A stretch of 64,000 bases of DNA from Podarcis vaucheri. Its lineage: Eukaryota. Below, in pieces: positions 37,475-50,803 of the stretch. The stretch is from NCBI GenBank assembly GCA_965113315.1, contig OZ220372.1. The stretch is one strand, 5' to 3'. The notes below the pieces were generated by a model. The model did not search any database and was not told where the DNA came from. It worked only from the letters and a program-made list of their open reading frames with translations. The first letter of the stretch is position 1. Each line of letters begins with the position of its first letter. The translations under genes were made by a program, and so were the position numbers.

Positions 37475-38200
37475 TGGCCAGCCTCACTTAGATTTGCTTT
37501 TAAGGTAAAGGTAAAGGTACCCCTGCCCGTACAGGCCAGTCGTGTCCGACTCTGGGGTTGTGCGCCCATCTCACTTAAGAGGCCGGGGGCCAGCGCTGTC
37601 CGAAGACACTTCCGGGTCACGTGGCCAGCATGACAAGCTGCACGTTTACCTTCCCGCTAGTAAGCAGTCCCTATTTATCTACTTGCACCCGGGGGTGCTT
37701 TCGAACTGCTAGGTTGGCAGGCGCTGGGACCGAGCGACGGGAGCGCACCCCACCGCGGGGATTCGAACCGCCGACCTGACGATCAGCAAGTCCTAGGCGC
37801 TGAGGTTTTACCCACAGCGCCACCCGCGTCCCTAGATTTGCTTTTACTGAGCTGCATTTTCAAGCTATGCCCTCTGCAGTCCTTGATGGACAATATAACA
37901 GGGTGCCATACGAAGACAGACTCTGTATATGTGGGCAACCACAGGCTGCACTATTTACTATATTGCCCACTATACATTTGACTCAGGAGGCGGTTTCTCA
38001 CCCTACCATCCGCACAGGAAAGATGTCTCTCCCCAGTAGAGAAGATTCTGTGGTTTCTTAGCTATATAAATGCTTCATTGATTCATAAAGTCACCCTTTT
38101 TGCTTTGGCGGCCAAAAAGATCAGAAAGAAGACCCTGGACAATATAGCAGTGAACTGTAAGGGAGACACAGAGATCTAAATAGAGGCCATTATTTGTGGC
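37475..38200 (+). mobile_element. Non-LTR retroelement 3' fragment (RTE-X-like C-terminal CCHC region), interrupted by a SINE
   Basis: Removing the SINE and one TSD restores PASLRFAFTELHFQAMPSAVLDGQYNRVPYEDRLCICG; HYLLYCPLY follows in a shifted frame. Confidence 0.65.
37503..37832 (-). mobile_element. Full-length Sauria (Squam1-type) SINE
   Basis: Head gggacgcgggtggcgctgtggg on minus strand, (accttt)n tail; perfect 14-bp TSD tagatttgctttta at 37489-37502 and 37833-37846. Confidence 0.93.
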
Positions 38201-39487
38201 GCAACACTCCTTTTGGTTGTATTTATTTTTGATTCAGATTTGGCATGGCCAATGGCTAGTACAATAATGTTATTTGGAATGAATTAAGACTAGCATGGGA
38301 TATCACCAATTACTTTATCTCTGCTGTGTTCAGTCTGTTGCTGAGATTTCTGTTCTTGATCTTTGGTGTTGCTTTCTAGGGTTTCATCCAATGCTGCAAT
38401 TCTGTTCATACAAGAGACTTCCATGTCTGCAACAGAACTTAGCATTCCACCCCTACACACCCTGAAAATCTTCTCCAGGGTGTTGCAGGACTCGCTAGAT
38501 GAGATATTGGGGATGCATGGGGAAAGAAGGGGAATGGGAAGTCATGTCAGTTCTATCAATTCTGGTGATATCCAGCATTGGATACAATCCTTGATCTATT
38601 GTGCAGCATACAAATGTAATAAATAAATATTAAACGCTGGCATGCCCTATCCCATATGTTAAATATAGGAGCCCTTCTGGATTCATTTTGTCAAAATCCA
38701 AGGCATATAATATCATGTTATGTGATGCTGATTGCACAGTGTGAGATTGTGTGTTGCATGTGTATTGCATATAAGCTCCTCTCACACAATATATAGAAAT
38801 GCTCGGGGCAACGGGCGTGTGCTGTTGGCCCCACCCCAGACATAGATGTCTATATGCATGGGAGTTGGAGTCCTGGTCATACACATAGAGATTTATTCAT
38901 GTAGGCTTTTCTGTTGAAAATGTTTGTGCCTAATGCATGGACATCAAGGGCAAGGTTGGGGCAGGCTGCTCATTATTGGGATAGGGCCAATGGTGGATCC
39001 TCATGCCCCTCTCTATGAACATTGCCCCTTCATGCAAGTAACCTGTAAAGGAGGCTATAGACATGGGGAGTTGATGCTCATGTCTGGACATCCAGCAAGT
39101 ATAGAGCTGGGCAGGAGCTCAGTGATGGGTAGCAGAGGTAGACACAGTCCTGATCTCTCATCATGCTTAGGCAAAAGAGTGTTCAGGATCATCCCTTGTT
39201 CTCTTCACTTCTTTCCTTTGTTAAGAGAGTACAATATATATCAGTGTGGGTTCAAAGTTCAGTACTTTTGTTGAGGTCTGTAATCTTGTACCCTATATGA
39301 CTGCCTATCTTGTAAGTGCTGCATAAGTTGCAAGAGTTTGGATTGGATGACCCTCAGGATCCCTTCCAACTCTATGATTCTAAGACTAAAGAAATTGCAT
39401 GCTGCTTACTAAACACACCCAAGTGTACCTGTTTCGGCATATTTCTAGTGATGTTGTTCTCCAGTGTGTATTTCTTCCTTTTTTTAG

Positions 39488-39952
39488 AGCAGACAAGATG
39501 ACTGCTGAAAACACACCACCTCGTGAAGTGAATAATATTGCAAACCACAGAGTGCTAATTAAACCAGAGGCACAGAATAATCAGCGGAACAAAGAAGTGA
39601 GCAAAATGGAAGACAAAAAGGCCTTAGAAGCAGAAAAATATGGATTTCAAAAAGTTGGGCGTGATAGACCTTTAACAAAAATCAACAGCGTAAAACTGAA
39701 TCCTTTGGGGTCAGAGTATGGGACTTTGCCAGCAAACACAGTTCCATCGGGACACTACAGGCCAATTCATTTAAATGGGTCAGAGAAAGCTGTCAACCTT
39801 ATTCTAGGAGACTCTGGAGATGGAATCCATCACAACACCATTCACTCACACATAGAATCTGAACGTGTTATACAGAGAACTAATTCAATGCTTCAGCTGG
39901 AACAATGGATTAAAATACAGAGAGGAAAGGGGCAAGATGAAGAAACAAGAGG
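39488..39952 (+). CDS. PLEKHA5: PLEKHA5 coding exon (ADKMTAENTPP...IQRTNSMLQLEQWIKIQRGKGQDEETRG)
   Basis: tttttag| ... |gtaagt; 465 bp, phase 2-2; lies within ORF 39399..39956. Confidence 0.96.
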
Positions 39953-40246
39953 GTAAGTAATTTCAGAATTATTTGCCAATCCTGACTTCTTAGTCTCAGT
40001 GTATACTGTGACCCTGTTTAATGCTGCAGTAAAATCTTAGTTGAAGCGCCAAAGGATTCCTGAAATGATCCTATATTGCCTCTGTTGCTAAAATATAGGA
40101 TTTCAAACAGCATCTCAAGGCCTATCTAGAACTTAAATTTATCTTGATTTATATTGCACTCTGTCCTAAAGTCCTATAGACTTCTGGTAACAATCATATG
40201 TAAAAAGTTGGGCATTTTTCGCAGAATGGCTGTTCCAAGGGCAGAC

Positions 40247-40311
<65 letters not shown>

Positions 40312-40442
40312 TAAAAATTATTATTTATACCCCGCCCGTCCGGCTGGGTTTCCCCAGCCACTCTGGGCGGCTTCCAACAAAATGTTAAAATACAGTGGTC
40401 TGTTAAACAATCAAAGCTTCCCTAAACAGGGCTGCCTTCAAA
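40247..40442 (-). mobile_element. L2-like LINE 3' end with (AAT)n microsatellite
   Basis: (AAT)n at 40247-40308, then tttataccccgcccgtccggctgggtttccccagccactctgggcggcttcca. Confidence 0.72.
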
Positions 40443-40688
40443 CAAGAAGGTGCCCTCCAGATGTTACTGGACTAAAGCGTCCACCATCCTTGATTATTGG
40501 CCCATTCTGATTGGGGCTGATAGGAGTTCTAGTCTATCTGGAGAGCACAACTTTGGGTATCCCTGGCCGATTCCCTGTTTATCTACTGCTCTGTCCCACT
40601 CTTCATTCTAGATTTCTTTCTTTCATTAAGAAGCAAAAGTGGAACCAGTCATCAGAAGACTTTCCCTGTTGCAACTATTAAACTATTA

Positions 40689-40939
40689 AGCCAGTGTGGT
40701 GTAGTGGTTAAGAGTGGTAGACTCGTAATCTGGTGAACCGGGTTCGCTTCCCCGCTCCTCCACATGCAGCTGCTGGGTGACCTTGGGCCAGTCCCACTTC
40801 TCTGAAGTCTCTCAGCCCCACTCACCTCACAGAGTGTTTGTTGTGGGGGAGGAAGGGACAAGGAGATTGTTAGCCACTTGGAGATTCCTTAAGGGAAGTG
40901 AAAGGTGGGATATCAAGTCCAAACTCTTCTTCTTCTTCT
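40689..40939 (+). mobile_element. tRNA-derived SINE with (CTT)n tail (Squam3-like)
   Basis: Box A tggtgtagtgg, box B-like gggttcgcttccc, core gggtgaccttgggccagtc, tail ctcttcttcttcttc. Confidence 0.85.
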
Positions 40940-43900
40940 TGTATCTCATCTTAATACCAGTAGCTCGGTTAGGAGCTCTTCGTGGTCTCAGAAGTATTTC
41001 ACAAACTTGCTGATGATGCTGGGAGTTGGACTTCTTCCATGAAAATCATGCATTTCCATGCTGAGCTTATTATTATCATCATCACTATCATCAACATTAA
41101 ATTTATTACCTGCTGTTCACCAGCAGGTCCCAGAATGGGTTACAACATTTGTGGTTTTTGTTTTTTTTTTTAAAAAAACTGTTTTAAGTTGCATAGCTCT
41201 GTTGCAAACTTATTTACACTCCTCTCTCAGTTCAGCAAGGCAATGATTAAAATGTTGAATAGCCTTTTTCCTTATATTTTTGTAGCAGAAAATACTGTTG
41301 ATCAACTAAGTTTAATAAACCAATGTATGAATAAATCTAATTCCCTCACACAAAGAAGCTTTTTTCCCTCCCTTTGTGTGAGTGAGAAAGCAAGTCAGGG
41401 AGCAATCAGTTATCTGTAATTTCATGCTATAGCTGAAATATGGTTAGTGGGTTCCAAATAAGCCAGAATTCAGAAGCCATCTTTAAAATATGGTTTCATA
41501 CCCTCGCTTGTTCAGAAGCCAAAAACCATCATTCTTGACTCATTTCCCAGCATCTGTGAAGGGAGGAGTAGTGTGACGGTATGTTGGTGCACAAGGTTTT
41601 TTCCATAACTCTGTTAATTAAGTCAAGATATGATCATCAAAATGCAGTCATTAGGTCTCTTTCAAATTACAAGCAATGGCTTGGCTCACACATCATGCTA
41701 AACTGAGTGAAGTCCAAGCACAAATGTGCAGACTCCCGAAAGGAAGTTTGCAGCTTCTTCGTTCCTAAGCTACACTGATCTAGGCCATAGTTTGTCTTAG
41801 GGTGCCATCAAGACCGAGGCTTGTGGTTTACTTCTGTCTGGATTAAGTATGAACTGTAACCAGGGTTCATCCCATGGTTTACAGCTTATTGTTTGTACGG
41901 GAAGCCTAAACCACAAACTCAATTAGGCTCAGTTTGATGCATCAGCAAAACGACCGTGGATGAGCAAAACAGCTGCAGACTTCTTCCCCCAGAATATGCA
42001 CATATGTGTGAAGTCATGGCTTGGCTGATCGTAATGTTCAAAGCAGGCATGTGTCTTTTTATACTGTAGATGTGTTAAAAGTTGAAGTTTTACAATACCA
42101 ACAGTGCATTTCCAATACTTGTTTAGAGAGTTTTAATGCTGTGACTAAATGATTGACACCACTAAGTAGTATTAAGATGTGAAATTGTGGTTCTGCATGA
42201 CAGCAAACCCTTGGCAGGAATCTGAACAGCAGTGCCTAGTCCTCGTTGCTCAGTTTTTTTATTATAAAATATTGCACTCCAGCATTCCACTTGAGTATCT
42301 AGAAGTGGCACCACAGTATCCCACCTTCTTCTCTAACTCCCAGCTCCCAACTTGAGCAAAGACTCTGGTTCCATTGTTTGCTTTGGGAAGAGCAGTCACA
42401 TGTGATAGGTCAAGCAAAACATTGCCTGTCCCCACTTCTTTAAATGTGACTTGTACTTGAAATATCACTTTGATGAGGTAATGAAAGGCGCTAAGAAGTG
42501 TTTGAGATTTCAAACTTCAGTTATGATTGCACCTGAGGAGAAGACAACAGTGTGAGTTATATTGGTCATTTTCTTGGGATATTACTTGATTTGGCTTTAT
42601 TTTGACTTCCGCACTTCGGAACTTAGTTGGCTTAATGTTCTTTAACATAGTGATGGGTATCCTTTATCCTGGATCCAATAGTCACTCAAATAGAGCTATG
42701 GCTATTTAAATTTTTTATAAAACTAAGTCTGCACAGAGGTGCCCTGAGATTTTTAGAATGTATTTCTTAACCCATTTTACACATTTTTATTGTACCTCCC
42801 AGCTTCCTCCTCCAGCTGTAACCATGTTAAGTTTTCCTCCCAGTTTTAGTGGGGTTTTAATTTATGTGTTACACATGGCAAAGTATATGTAGCTTAAGGA
42901 AGGGTATGCATGCATATAAACAAAATTTGATAATGACATTTGGAGGGGGGACAACCCATACATGGAAAATTGGGATCTATGAATAAAAAGCATAACTCTG
43001 CACTATCGTTGACTTTGAAAAAGTAAATTAATGTGTGAGGGGGAAGGAGGAAAAGCACAAGTGCACAGCGCAGTCCCATTCTCCAAACCATGATTATGTG
43101 ATCAGAAACATTATGTTCATTCTAGGACACAGTGCTAAATGTGTACCACTCAAGGTATATAATAGTATGGATCGAGTATTCCCAGAAAGAAGGGGTAGGA
43201 GTGGAATATTTTACATTTCATCACATGTTTGCATTAAATGGTTTTGTTTTCAATGTAAACAGGCATAGGAACCATGAATCTATCCCAATTTGAATTCTTT
43301 TTAAAGGTTTTGTCATGGTATCATTACATTGGCTATATTCCCAAACAAACTCATTCCATTGTAGGAGTTTTATAACAGCAGAAGCTATTTACAAAACATT
43401 ATTAACTGGCAGGAGCCAAATCCTCTTGATCAGGGAGAACATATTGTTAGTTAAATATGGATGAAATTGTTAACACAGGTCATATACTTAGAAATGATGG
43501 CTTTGTTTGAAGTTAATTTGTAAAAGAGAGACGGCGGGGTTTATGTCATTATTTACTGCTTTGGAACAAATAATTTCCATTCTCTTTGAACATACTGCTA
43601 GGATAGTAAACCTTTAAAGCACAGTACTCAGGGCAATGTAATGAAAGGAAGTCAAATTCAGGAGCACAAATATAAATAGTAGAAATTAGGTTGGAAGACC
43701 TCTTTCTTACTCCCTCTCCTATCTAAGCCTGCAAATTGTCACTCTCACTTGGTTGCCTATGGTGATTAGCAGTTGCCTCAAGGCAAGTAGCAGATAATGC
43801 ATCCCTTTTAAGAAATAATAGCAATATTGCAACTGTCTTTATCCTGCCTCTGCATAGCCTCAATTCAGTTTTCAGTGTTCCAAACAACTCCCTTTAAAGT

Positions 43901-44117
43901 ACTTTAAATGCCTGGGGCTGTACAGCAGGGGAAGGCAGTGTTCAGCCTTGTGGAATCTACTTTGTGTTTTACTAGAATCCCAAGATCGACCAATGGGAGC
44001 AAGGTGTGAGACTTAGAATGAAAGAACATGACACCCTCTAAGCTGCTAGCGAGCACAGAAATTTGTTTTACTCCTCTCACACAAAAATTATTCTTAGTCA
44101 CCCTCAGGTTTTTTTTT

Positions 44118-44120
<3 letters not shown>

Positions 44121-44148
<28 letters not shown>
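44121..44148. repeat. (AC)n microsatellite
   Basis: Directly visible. Confidence 0.96.
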
Positions 44149-45176
44149 CCCACACACTTACCTGCAAGCATTCCCAGTGCACTGCCTTCGCATGAAGCTA
44201 TAATAAGGTGGAAATGAATCAAATGGACTGGAGCTTTTGGCCAATTTGAAAATATATAATTAATTGAACAGGTCATGTATTGGCCTCAGATGGCCAACTG
44301 TTCCATAAAACTAGTTCACCACACCATAATTCTGAAGGAGGATATCATGGTTATTAAGTTGTATACTGGGAAAGAAAAAAATTGTCCTTAAAACTAAGAT
44401 ATGTGCAATGTAGCCCATAGTATAAAAGGGGAAGCAGATAGAAGGAAGCTGGTAAACCTTAGGAGAGATTAGCAAAGCCAGACATTGCATATGTTTAACT
44501 GGAGAAGACTCATTTTTATGGCTTTGCATCCTCCATAGATTGACTACAGGTAGATAAGGCCTCTGCATTTCTGCATTTTTTTCTTCCCTCTTCTTGTTGT
44601 GGTTGCCAGGACAATTGTTTCCCTTAAACATATATGCATACCTATGTATGAAGCACCATGAGGAAGCATGGCTTCTGCAGTGTTAGTTTCCATCTAAGCA
44701 GTAGGGCAATGGAACTGATCATTTTCCCCTAGACCAGTAGCTATGGGATTTGCAGAGTCCCCAACAATGTGAATACTCCTTTTCACCGTACATATGGGAA
44801 ATTGTGTATTTTGGCTGCCTGTAACCCAGCTTTCCTCCAAGGAGCTCATAGGCTTCCCCCATCTTATTCCCACTATTGTGTGGGCGATCCCTTCTGTGGC
44901 ACCAGGGGAATCTCCGCTACCTCTTTCAGGGATGAGTGCATAGATGGTTTTCCTTGGATACCGATAAATCCATGATACAACTAAAAAACAGTCTATTACT
45001 TAAAACAAGTGGCTTGTTGAGAGTTTGACTGCTCAGCCACAACAGATGTGGCCTTAGCAAAAAAAGGGGGGGTTACAATAATTATTTGTTACCCTCAAGA
45101 TAGACTAGAGAAGAAAACTAAATGTTGTTTATTCCGGTGCCTACTTAGAGTTACTGAAGGAGGATTCTTGTTTCAG

Positions 45177-45645
45177 CATAATTTCATATCAGACATTGCC
45201 AAGAAACATGCCAAGCCATCGACCCCAAATTGTACCTCGATATCCAGAAGGTTATCGAACTCTGCCAAGAAATACCAAAACCAGGCCGGAAAGCCTCTGC
45301 AGTGTGACACCCTCTATTTATGACAAGTCCCTTGGATCACTGCCAACTGAAGACAAAAGAAGATCTATGCGAGACGACACCATGTGGCAACTCTATGAGT
45401 GGCAGCAGCGGCAGTTTTACAATAAGCAAACAACGCTTACTAGACACGGTACTTTAAGTAGTCCCAAAACCATGATTAATATATCTGATCAAACAATGCA
45501 TTTGATTCCCACATCACCTTCCCATGGTTCGATAGCAGGTTTCCAAGGATACTCACCTCAGAGGAACTACAGATCAGAAGTGTCCTCACCAGTGCAAAGA
45601 GGTGATGTAACAATTGACCGCAGGCATAGACCACATCATACAAAG
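45177..45645 (+). CDS. PLEKHA5: PLEKHA5 coding exon (IISYQTLPRNMPSHR...RSMRDDTMWQLYEWQQRQ...DRRHRPHHTK)
   Basis: tttcag| ... |gtgaga; 469 bp, phase 2-0; overlaps ORF 45196..45840. Confidence 0.96.
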
Positions 45646-46419
45646 GTGAGATGCTTTTATTGTTTTACTTTAGTTACTATGTGCTATAAAATGTATAACT
45701 TGGAACTAGTCTTTCCATCATGTATTGATATTGGGCGGCTCACAAAAGAAATACCAAATATAAAGCTTCGGGTTAAAAACATCCAGTTAGCTCTGATTTA
45801 TATGCTAGTTCTCTCTGTGATACAGAGAACTAGCATATAATTGAGAAAATTGCACTAGGAGTTAACGGGAGTAGAACATCTTAAGTGTGGGTTGAAAGAT
45901 AAAGTCTTTCTGTTTCACATGCTTCATCTGACATGAGATGTTCCTGGGGCTTTTTTTCAGGCAGAACTCAGTTCTAGCACCTCTCAGGTGGGCGCCATTG
46001 CCATTATAAGAGAACAAAGGAGGTGTTCATTGTGAGTTTCGGCACCTCTTTTTCCAGAAAAATGGCATGGGATGTTCCCAAATAAACAGCTGCTTGTCGA
46101 AAGGACCCAGCTAAGCCTCCCACCTCACCTGAGCAGTTAGCATGTCTGTGACAGAACTCTGACCCTTGAGAAGTCCTTGCTTGAGATCTTCATTTGATGC
46201 CCTTTCTCACATTGCCCCATCTAATGAAGCGGGGCAGGCAGTCACTAGGGAGAAGGCCTTTTCAGTGATGGGACCATCTTAAGATTTTTTTTTAATGGGC
46301 TTGTAAACTGCCCAGAGAACAAAGTTTTATGTGCACTATATAGATGCAACAAACAAATAAAATAACAAACTTCACATCTGTTGTGTAGGTCCCACCCATT
46401 CAACCACTTCACCATTAGC

Positions 46420-46900
46420 ATAAGAGCCTTGCTGGATCAGGCCAAAGGCCCTTCTAATCCAGCTTCCTATTCTCACAGGGGCCAACCAAAAGCCTATGCT
46501 AAACCCGCAAGTAGGACCTAAGTGCAACAATGCTCTCCCACTTGTGATTCCAGAAACTGGTATTCAGGGTCATACTACTTGGAACAGTGAAGGGGAGAAA
46601 ACATGGGCATTGTGGCTACTATTCATTGATAGCCTTTTCCTACATGAATTTGTCTAATTCTCTTCTAAAGCTATCCAAGGTTATGGCCATTACTGCCTCT
46701 TGTGGTGGCAGATTCCATAGTTTAACTATGCACAGTGTGAAGAAGTATTTTCTTTTATTTGGCCCGAGCCTTCCAACATTCAGCTTCATTGGATGGCCTT
46801 AGACACTCGTATTATGAGAAAGGGAGAAAAACTTTCCATACCATGCATAATTTTGCCCCTCCTGACTCATTTTTCCCCCTAAACTAAATAGCCCCAAATG
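46420..46900 (-). mobile_element. Degraded CR1 LINE 3' fragment, antisense
   Basis: taagagccttgctggatcaggccaaaggccc...catgaatttgtctaattctcttctaaagctatccaagg...gaagaagtattttcttttattt is the reverse complement of the 32385 type. Confidence 0.8.
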
Positions 46901-47638
46901 TTTTAATATTTCATTATCTTCTCCCATTCACTTCTTCCATGTGTACAAATAGGACAAGGAGCAGATATTATGTGCATTTGCCATTCTTTGCATATATGGA
47001 GTGTATTTATTTTGTGCTTGAACATCTTTATCCTTGAAAGTACTGCTATTTGAGAAGCTTCCCTTAAGAATGTTTCCTTGTGCAACATTTTTCTACCCCC
47101 AGCTTCACACTTACTGGCTGCATTGTGTTGTATATTGTTCTAAAATCACAGGAGAGTCTTAAGAACATATGATGGAAAGGAGCTGTGTATGTGCCTGTTT
47201 CTAAAAAAGCAGCTGTGCCAAGAATTAGGACAAAACATGTCATTTATTCAGTGCATGAATGTGTATAAACGTGTCCTACTTTAGTTTCTGGACATAGTGG
47301 CTTATTGGAGAGCACTCAATGTCTTTTTTAAAAGCAGTTAATTAGGAGCACTTAATGGTACAAACTTTAGTGAATGGAATACCTTATTAGTTGTAGTTGG
47401 TGCTTTTTGGACCTTCGAGGGCATTTTGACATTTGCAAGGTTCAAGCTGAAAGTGTGGTGATTTAGTGTATTTCTGCTGGCACGTTATTAACCAGAACCT
47501 TCACTTTAGACACCTTTCATAAACCCTAAGTTGACTTGGAAAATCATACTTAAAACACAACATTTAACCTTTGGTTTGAAAAGCTTTGACAGGCACCCCG
47601 AATTATATGTGCACGGTTTTGTTTTTTCCCCAAAGCAG

Positions 47639-47722
47639 CATGTCTTTGTGCCTGACAGAAGGTCGATGCCAGCAGGTCTGAGTGTACAGCCTATTACTCC
47701 CCAGAGCTTGCAAGGCAAAACG
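47639..47722 (+). CDS. PLEKHA5: PLEKHA5 coding exon (HVFVPDRRSMPAGLSVQPITPQSLQGKT)
   Basis: aagcag| tandem acceptor ... |gtgagt; 84 bp, phase 0-0. Confidence 0.95.
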
Positions 47723-49046
47723 GTGAGTGGCATTTTTATATTTAGCCCATCATTTTTTATTTAAGAACAACCTATAAAATACAACACGTAGCACAGTGAC
47801 TACTTTAGTTATAGAATCTGTGTTAAATGCAGTTTGTTTTATCATTAAATTGAGGTTTTCCTTCTAAACAGTTTAAATCTATTTGGATGCTGCATTAAAT
47901 TTTGCAAGAGTAATCAGATAACCTTTTAATTCAAATGCTATTTGTACTATGCAATTCCTATCTGTGAATAATTTGTCTTTTTGAGCCATGTAAGTATTTC
48001 ATTTTAAATATCTCTAGAGCAACAGCAAGGCACATTTACGATTTTATTGTTCTTCATTTCACAAATTGACCTACCATTAAGTTGTTAATTCAGTTGTGGA
48101 GGGGAAATACCAATTACCAGAGCTTTTCATTGCTGCAGAATGGAAGTCGCAGTTAACTAGGAAATTTGGTGCTGCAGGCAGTTTATTATACATTGTGCTG
48201 CCTTATGAAAAGAAACTATCCATCCACTAATTGCACATTTTTATTCACATCATTAAAAGTATTTTACCATTCAATACCTAAGGTTTAGATGAGGGATTAT
48301 AGATTTGAGCAAACATTTTTGAGAGACCTTTAACTCAAATATGACCACTTTTACTAGCTGAAACCTTAATTTCTTCCAGGCGATTTCTCTTCCCCCTCAT
48401 TTCTTAGTAAATAATGTTTTTCCAAGTGAAACACTAATGAGTATATACTGTATTAGGGGAGTGTAGGTTAATCATTATGAAACCTGTTAGCTCTTGAATA
48501 TAGGAAATTTTCTTGCTCCCTCTGCTGGAATTCATTTAACACTGCCAGTTGCTTAAACTATAGCTGTAGCCAAGGAATACTTTCAGTTCATTACTTGTAA
48601 TATATAATTCAGGATTTCTGATTATGTGGCTCACCTAAAGCATCACAGTTGAAGCCCTCTTCAAGAACTCTGTGGGGCCCCAGTGATGTGGATGCCTGAA
48701 TAATAGACCTGACCTATCGTTTTATATGTTAAAGAATGTTCCACGTGAGTAGTGTAACATTTCCATGACCTAAATGGAACAGTCCATGGCTCAGAACATT
48801 TTTGTGCATGTGATAGAACTCTCCTAGGTCTTTCACATGAACAGCTGAATGTGCAAAGCAAATCGCTCCATTTTACATCTCATGACAAAAAAGATGCTTT
48901 ACATAATTGGTTTCTTTATCATTATGAGAGAGCTTCTGATATATGTGTCAGTATCTGAATCATAAGTTAAGCTCAGATTTCAGGAACTGTTAAGAACTCA
49001 GGGCATGAATCTTTGGGATTTACTAGCAAGTAATATATTAGGATCT

Positions 49047-49395
49047 GGGACGCGGGTGGCGCTGTGGGTTAAACCACAGAGCCTAGGACTTGCTGATCAG
49101 AAGGTCGGCGGTTTGAATCCCCGTGACGGGGTGAGCTCCCGTTGCTCAGTCTCTGGTCCTGCCAACCTAGCAGTTCGAAAGCATGTCAAAGTGTGAGTAG
49201 ATAAGTAGGTACCGCTCCAGCGGGAAGGTAAACGGTGTTTCCGTGCGCTGCTCTGGTTCACCAGAAGCGGCTTAGTCATGCTGGCCACATGACCCAGAAG
49301 CTGTACGCCGGCTCCCTCGGCCAATAAAGCAAGATGAGCGCCACAACCCCAGAGTCAGTCACGACTGGAGCTAATGGTCAGGGGTCCCTTTACCT
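49047..49395 (+). mobile_element. Full-length Sauria (Squam1-type) SINE
   Basis: gggacgcgggtggcgctgtggg head, ccctttacct tail; near-perfect TSD taatatattaggat (49031) / taatatagtaggat (49396). Confidence 0.93.
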
Positions 49396-50271
49396 TAATA
49401 TAGTAGGATAGAGTTAGGAAACAAATTTCTGCCTGAGAATCACATTGGAAGTTGCATTCAGAGGTGGGTAGGGTCAGAGCCCAAAGTGGGCTGAGTGACG
49501 CACAACTCATACTTTTGTTCAGTAGAAATTGCTTTGTTTACGTCGTTTACATACAAACAATGTACAAATGTCAATGGTTTTAGTTGCTTCATGTTGCTTT
49601 TAGTGAGGATCTTCACTGTGCACTTGCTTCAGAAGAGAGAAGTAGGCAGAGCATCACCATAGTTAAACCTAGGGAATCCACTTCCACAAAAGAGCAGTGA
49701 TGGCCACCAACTTGGATAGCTTTAAAAGACAATTAGACAAATTCATGGAGGATAATGGTAGCAGCAGCTACTAACTGTGATAGATCTGTTCTACCTCCAT
49801 AGTTGGAGGCAGCATGCTTCTGAATACTAATTCCTGAAAATCACAGGTGGAGAGAGTGCTTTTGTGCTCAGGCCCTGCTTGTAGGATGCCCAAAGCAAGT
49901 AAGGAATGCTCCAATTACAGGATGCGGTCCTTTGTTCACCACTGCTGCAAAATGATGGTGAGCTGAATGAAAAGCCACTGTGACTGGTCCACATGCCACC
50001 AGTTTCCCACCCCTGCATTAGGAATACATAAGAATAAATTACAGTGAAGGGTTCCACTGCAAAGGTGCTTTGTTCAGAAAATTAAATAGACATGGTCATT
50101 GTAGAAGGAGCTGTCTATGGAAGGCTGAGGTCAGAGTGCAGGTTGAGTGGGAGCCAAGGAAAGCCTGTACAACAAAGAGAGACTGCTTTGGGGGTTGGGA
50201 AGATCGCATATAAGTTATGAAGATTTAGTCAAGTGTTAAATTTGGATGAGATAAAAAGTGTACTCCTAAGA

Positions 50272-50399
50272 CAGGAGTGGGGAACCCATGGTCTTCCAGA
50301 TGTTGACTCCACTTCCCATCATCCTTGACTAGTGGCCATGCTGGTTGGAACTTATGGGAGCTGCTAAACATCAGGAGGGCCACAGATTCCCCATCCCTG
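50272..50399. mobile_element. hAT-like MITE
   Basis: caggagtggggaacc / gattccccatccctg termini; same family as 14043 and the copy near 23238. Confidence 0.7.
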
Positions 50400-50484
50400 T
50401 GCAATTTCTTTCAAGAACTAGGATGGCTCTCTGCTACAGATATCAGTAGCAAGACAAATCAGAACAACATGGAGGACTGACTCT

Positions 50485-50803
50485 GGGTTGCATCCAATTG
50501 CGTCCTTCCACTGATGGAGGCCTCCTTAGTTCAGCTAGCAGATGCTTCCATTAATGGAAGTGAGCAGAGGCAACATTTTATTTTATTATTTGCTTATTTC
50601 CTATTTACTCTTCAGCCCCGAGCTTCCTTAAAAACTGCCCCAGAGGGTTAGGGGGATCTTAGTGTGGTAGGTGGCATGGGAGGGGGCTGCAGGAGGAAAG
50701 GGAGCTTTGTGAACGTCAAGCTCGCCCCTTTTTAGTCTACAGAAGTGTTGGTGGATCAGATAAAAGCCTTCCATCAGAAGATGGACACAATTGGATAAAA
50801 CCC
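50485..50803. mobile_element. MITE with long TIRs (possibly PIF/Harbinger-like)
   Basis: gggttgcatccaattgcgtccttccactgatggaggc pairs imperfectly with gccttccatcagaagatggacacaattggataaaaccc. Confidence 0.65.
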
